From Squalus acanthias (Eukaryota), in contig CM059432.1 in the NCBI GenBank assembly GCA_030390025.1, forward strand, positions 72,294,001-72,358,000: DNA of 64,000 nt, written 5' to 3'. Positions 63,526-64,000 of this stretch are shown here, one piece after another. Under the pieces are notes generated by a model. The model ran no database searches and was not told the DNA's origin. It saw nothing but the letters and a program-made list of their open reading frames with translations. The first letter of the stretch is position 1. The number at the start of each line of letters is the position of its first letter. The translations under genes were made by a program, and so were the position numbers.

Positions 63526-64000
63526 GGATCATAACAGGCCGTGCGCTTCCTGCCTGCCAAATTGGAGGCTTAGTTATCCGTTTAGTGCCCGAAAAATGAT
63601 TGCAGCACCAATGCAGTTCCAAATCCATTGACAACAAATTTCTAGTCCCTTGTGCATCAAACCTAATAATCATAGAACTATATTTTTTCTGAATGTTGTC
63701 TAAATATTCTTTTCCCTGTTGAGACTCAGTCTGTCAGATATGATGAGAACTTTCAGTGAGTCCAAGTAATATCTAGGAAAGACTTTGACATTGTAGATGT
63801 TATACATGTGAATGTTTACACTACTGCAGCCTTTGGCTCTTTTTGAATTTACTCATGCAGGCACATAGGACTGACAGCAGTGTGTTGATGTCATATGCAC
63901 TAACATCTCTAAAAGCACAGACTAAAAGCACTATAGGGTCACTTTTGACTTGCACTGACTCACAGGTTTGATACTCAATGCTAAAGAGATGAGTTTCTCT

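Noticed and set aside
62857..63630. Another Harbinger MITE starting GGGGTAAAAGTT
   Set aside because: GC-rich and MITE-like, but no matching right end or TSD could be found.
10930..64000. Exons of downstream neighbours such as UBXN2B or CYP7A1
   Set aside because: No recognisable coding exon; short exons could have been missed by eye.

Overview
Vertebrate genomic DNA, most likely a cartilaginous fish (shark/ray), judged from its repeat families. The window holds one host gene, the single coding exon of FAM110B (ATG 7651 to TAA 8763, 370 aa) with a roughly 2 kb 3' UTR. Much of the rest is layered transposable elements: (i) PIF/Harbinger DNA transposons with a HARBI1-like DDE transposase and a spliced Myb/SANT gene, plus several derived MITEs with 3-bp TSDs; (ii) many CR1 LINEs, including two full-length ~4.4 kb copies nested one inside the other (29.3-39.8 kb); (iii) a second LINE family whose 5' end is shared with a tRNA-derived SINE; (iv) Penelope-like termini carrying minimal hammerhead ribozyme motifs; (v) Deu-domain SINEs, hAT MITEs and a 1.9 kb element with a 6-bp TSD. 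The most interesting observations are a composite Harbinger whose Myb gene and transposase come from two different nested elements, a 636-codon open Harbinger/CR1-RT fusion ORF, a UUUAAAC-type slippery site at the CR1 ORF1/ORF2 junction, a SINE-headed single-ORF LINE, tandem hammerheads, and an overlapping uORF on FAM110B. All calls were made by eye without database searches. Repeat boundaries not defined by a TSD are approximate.
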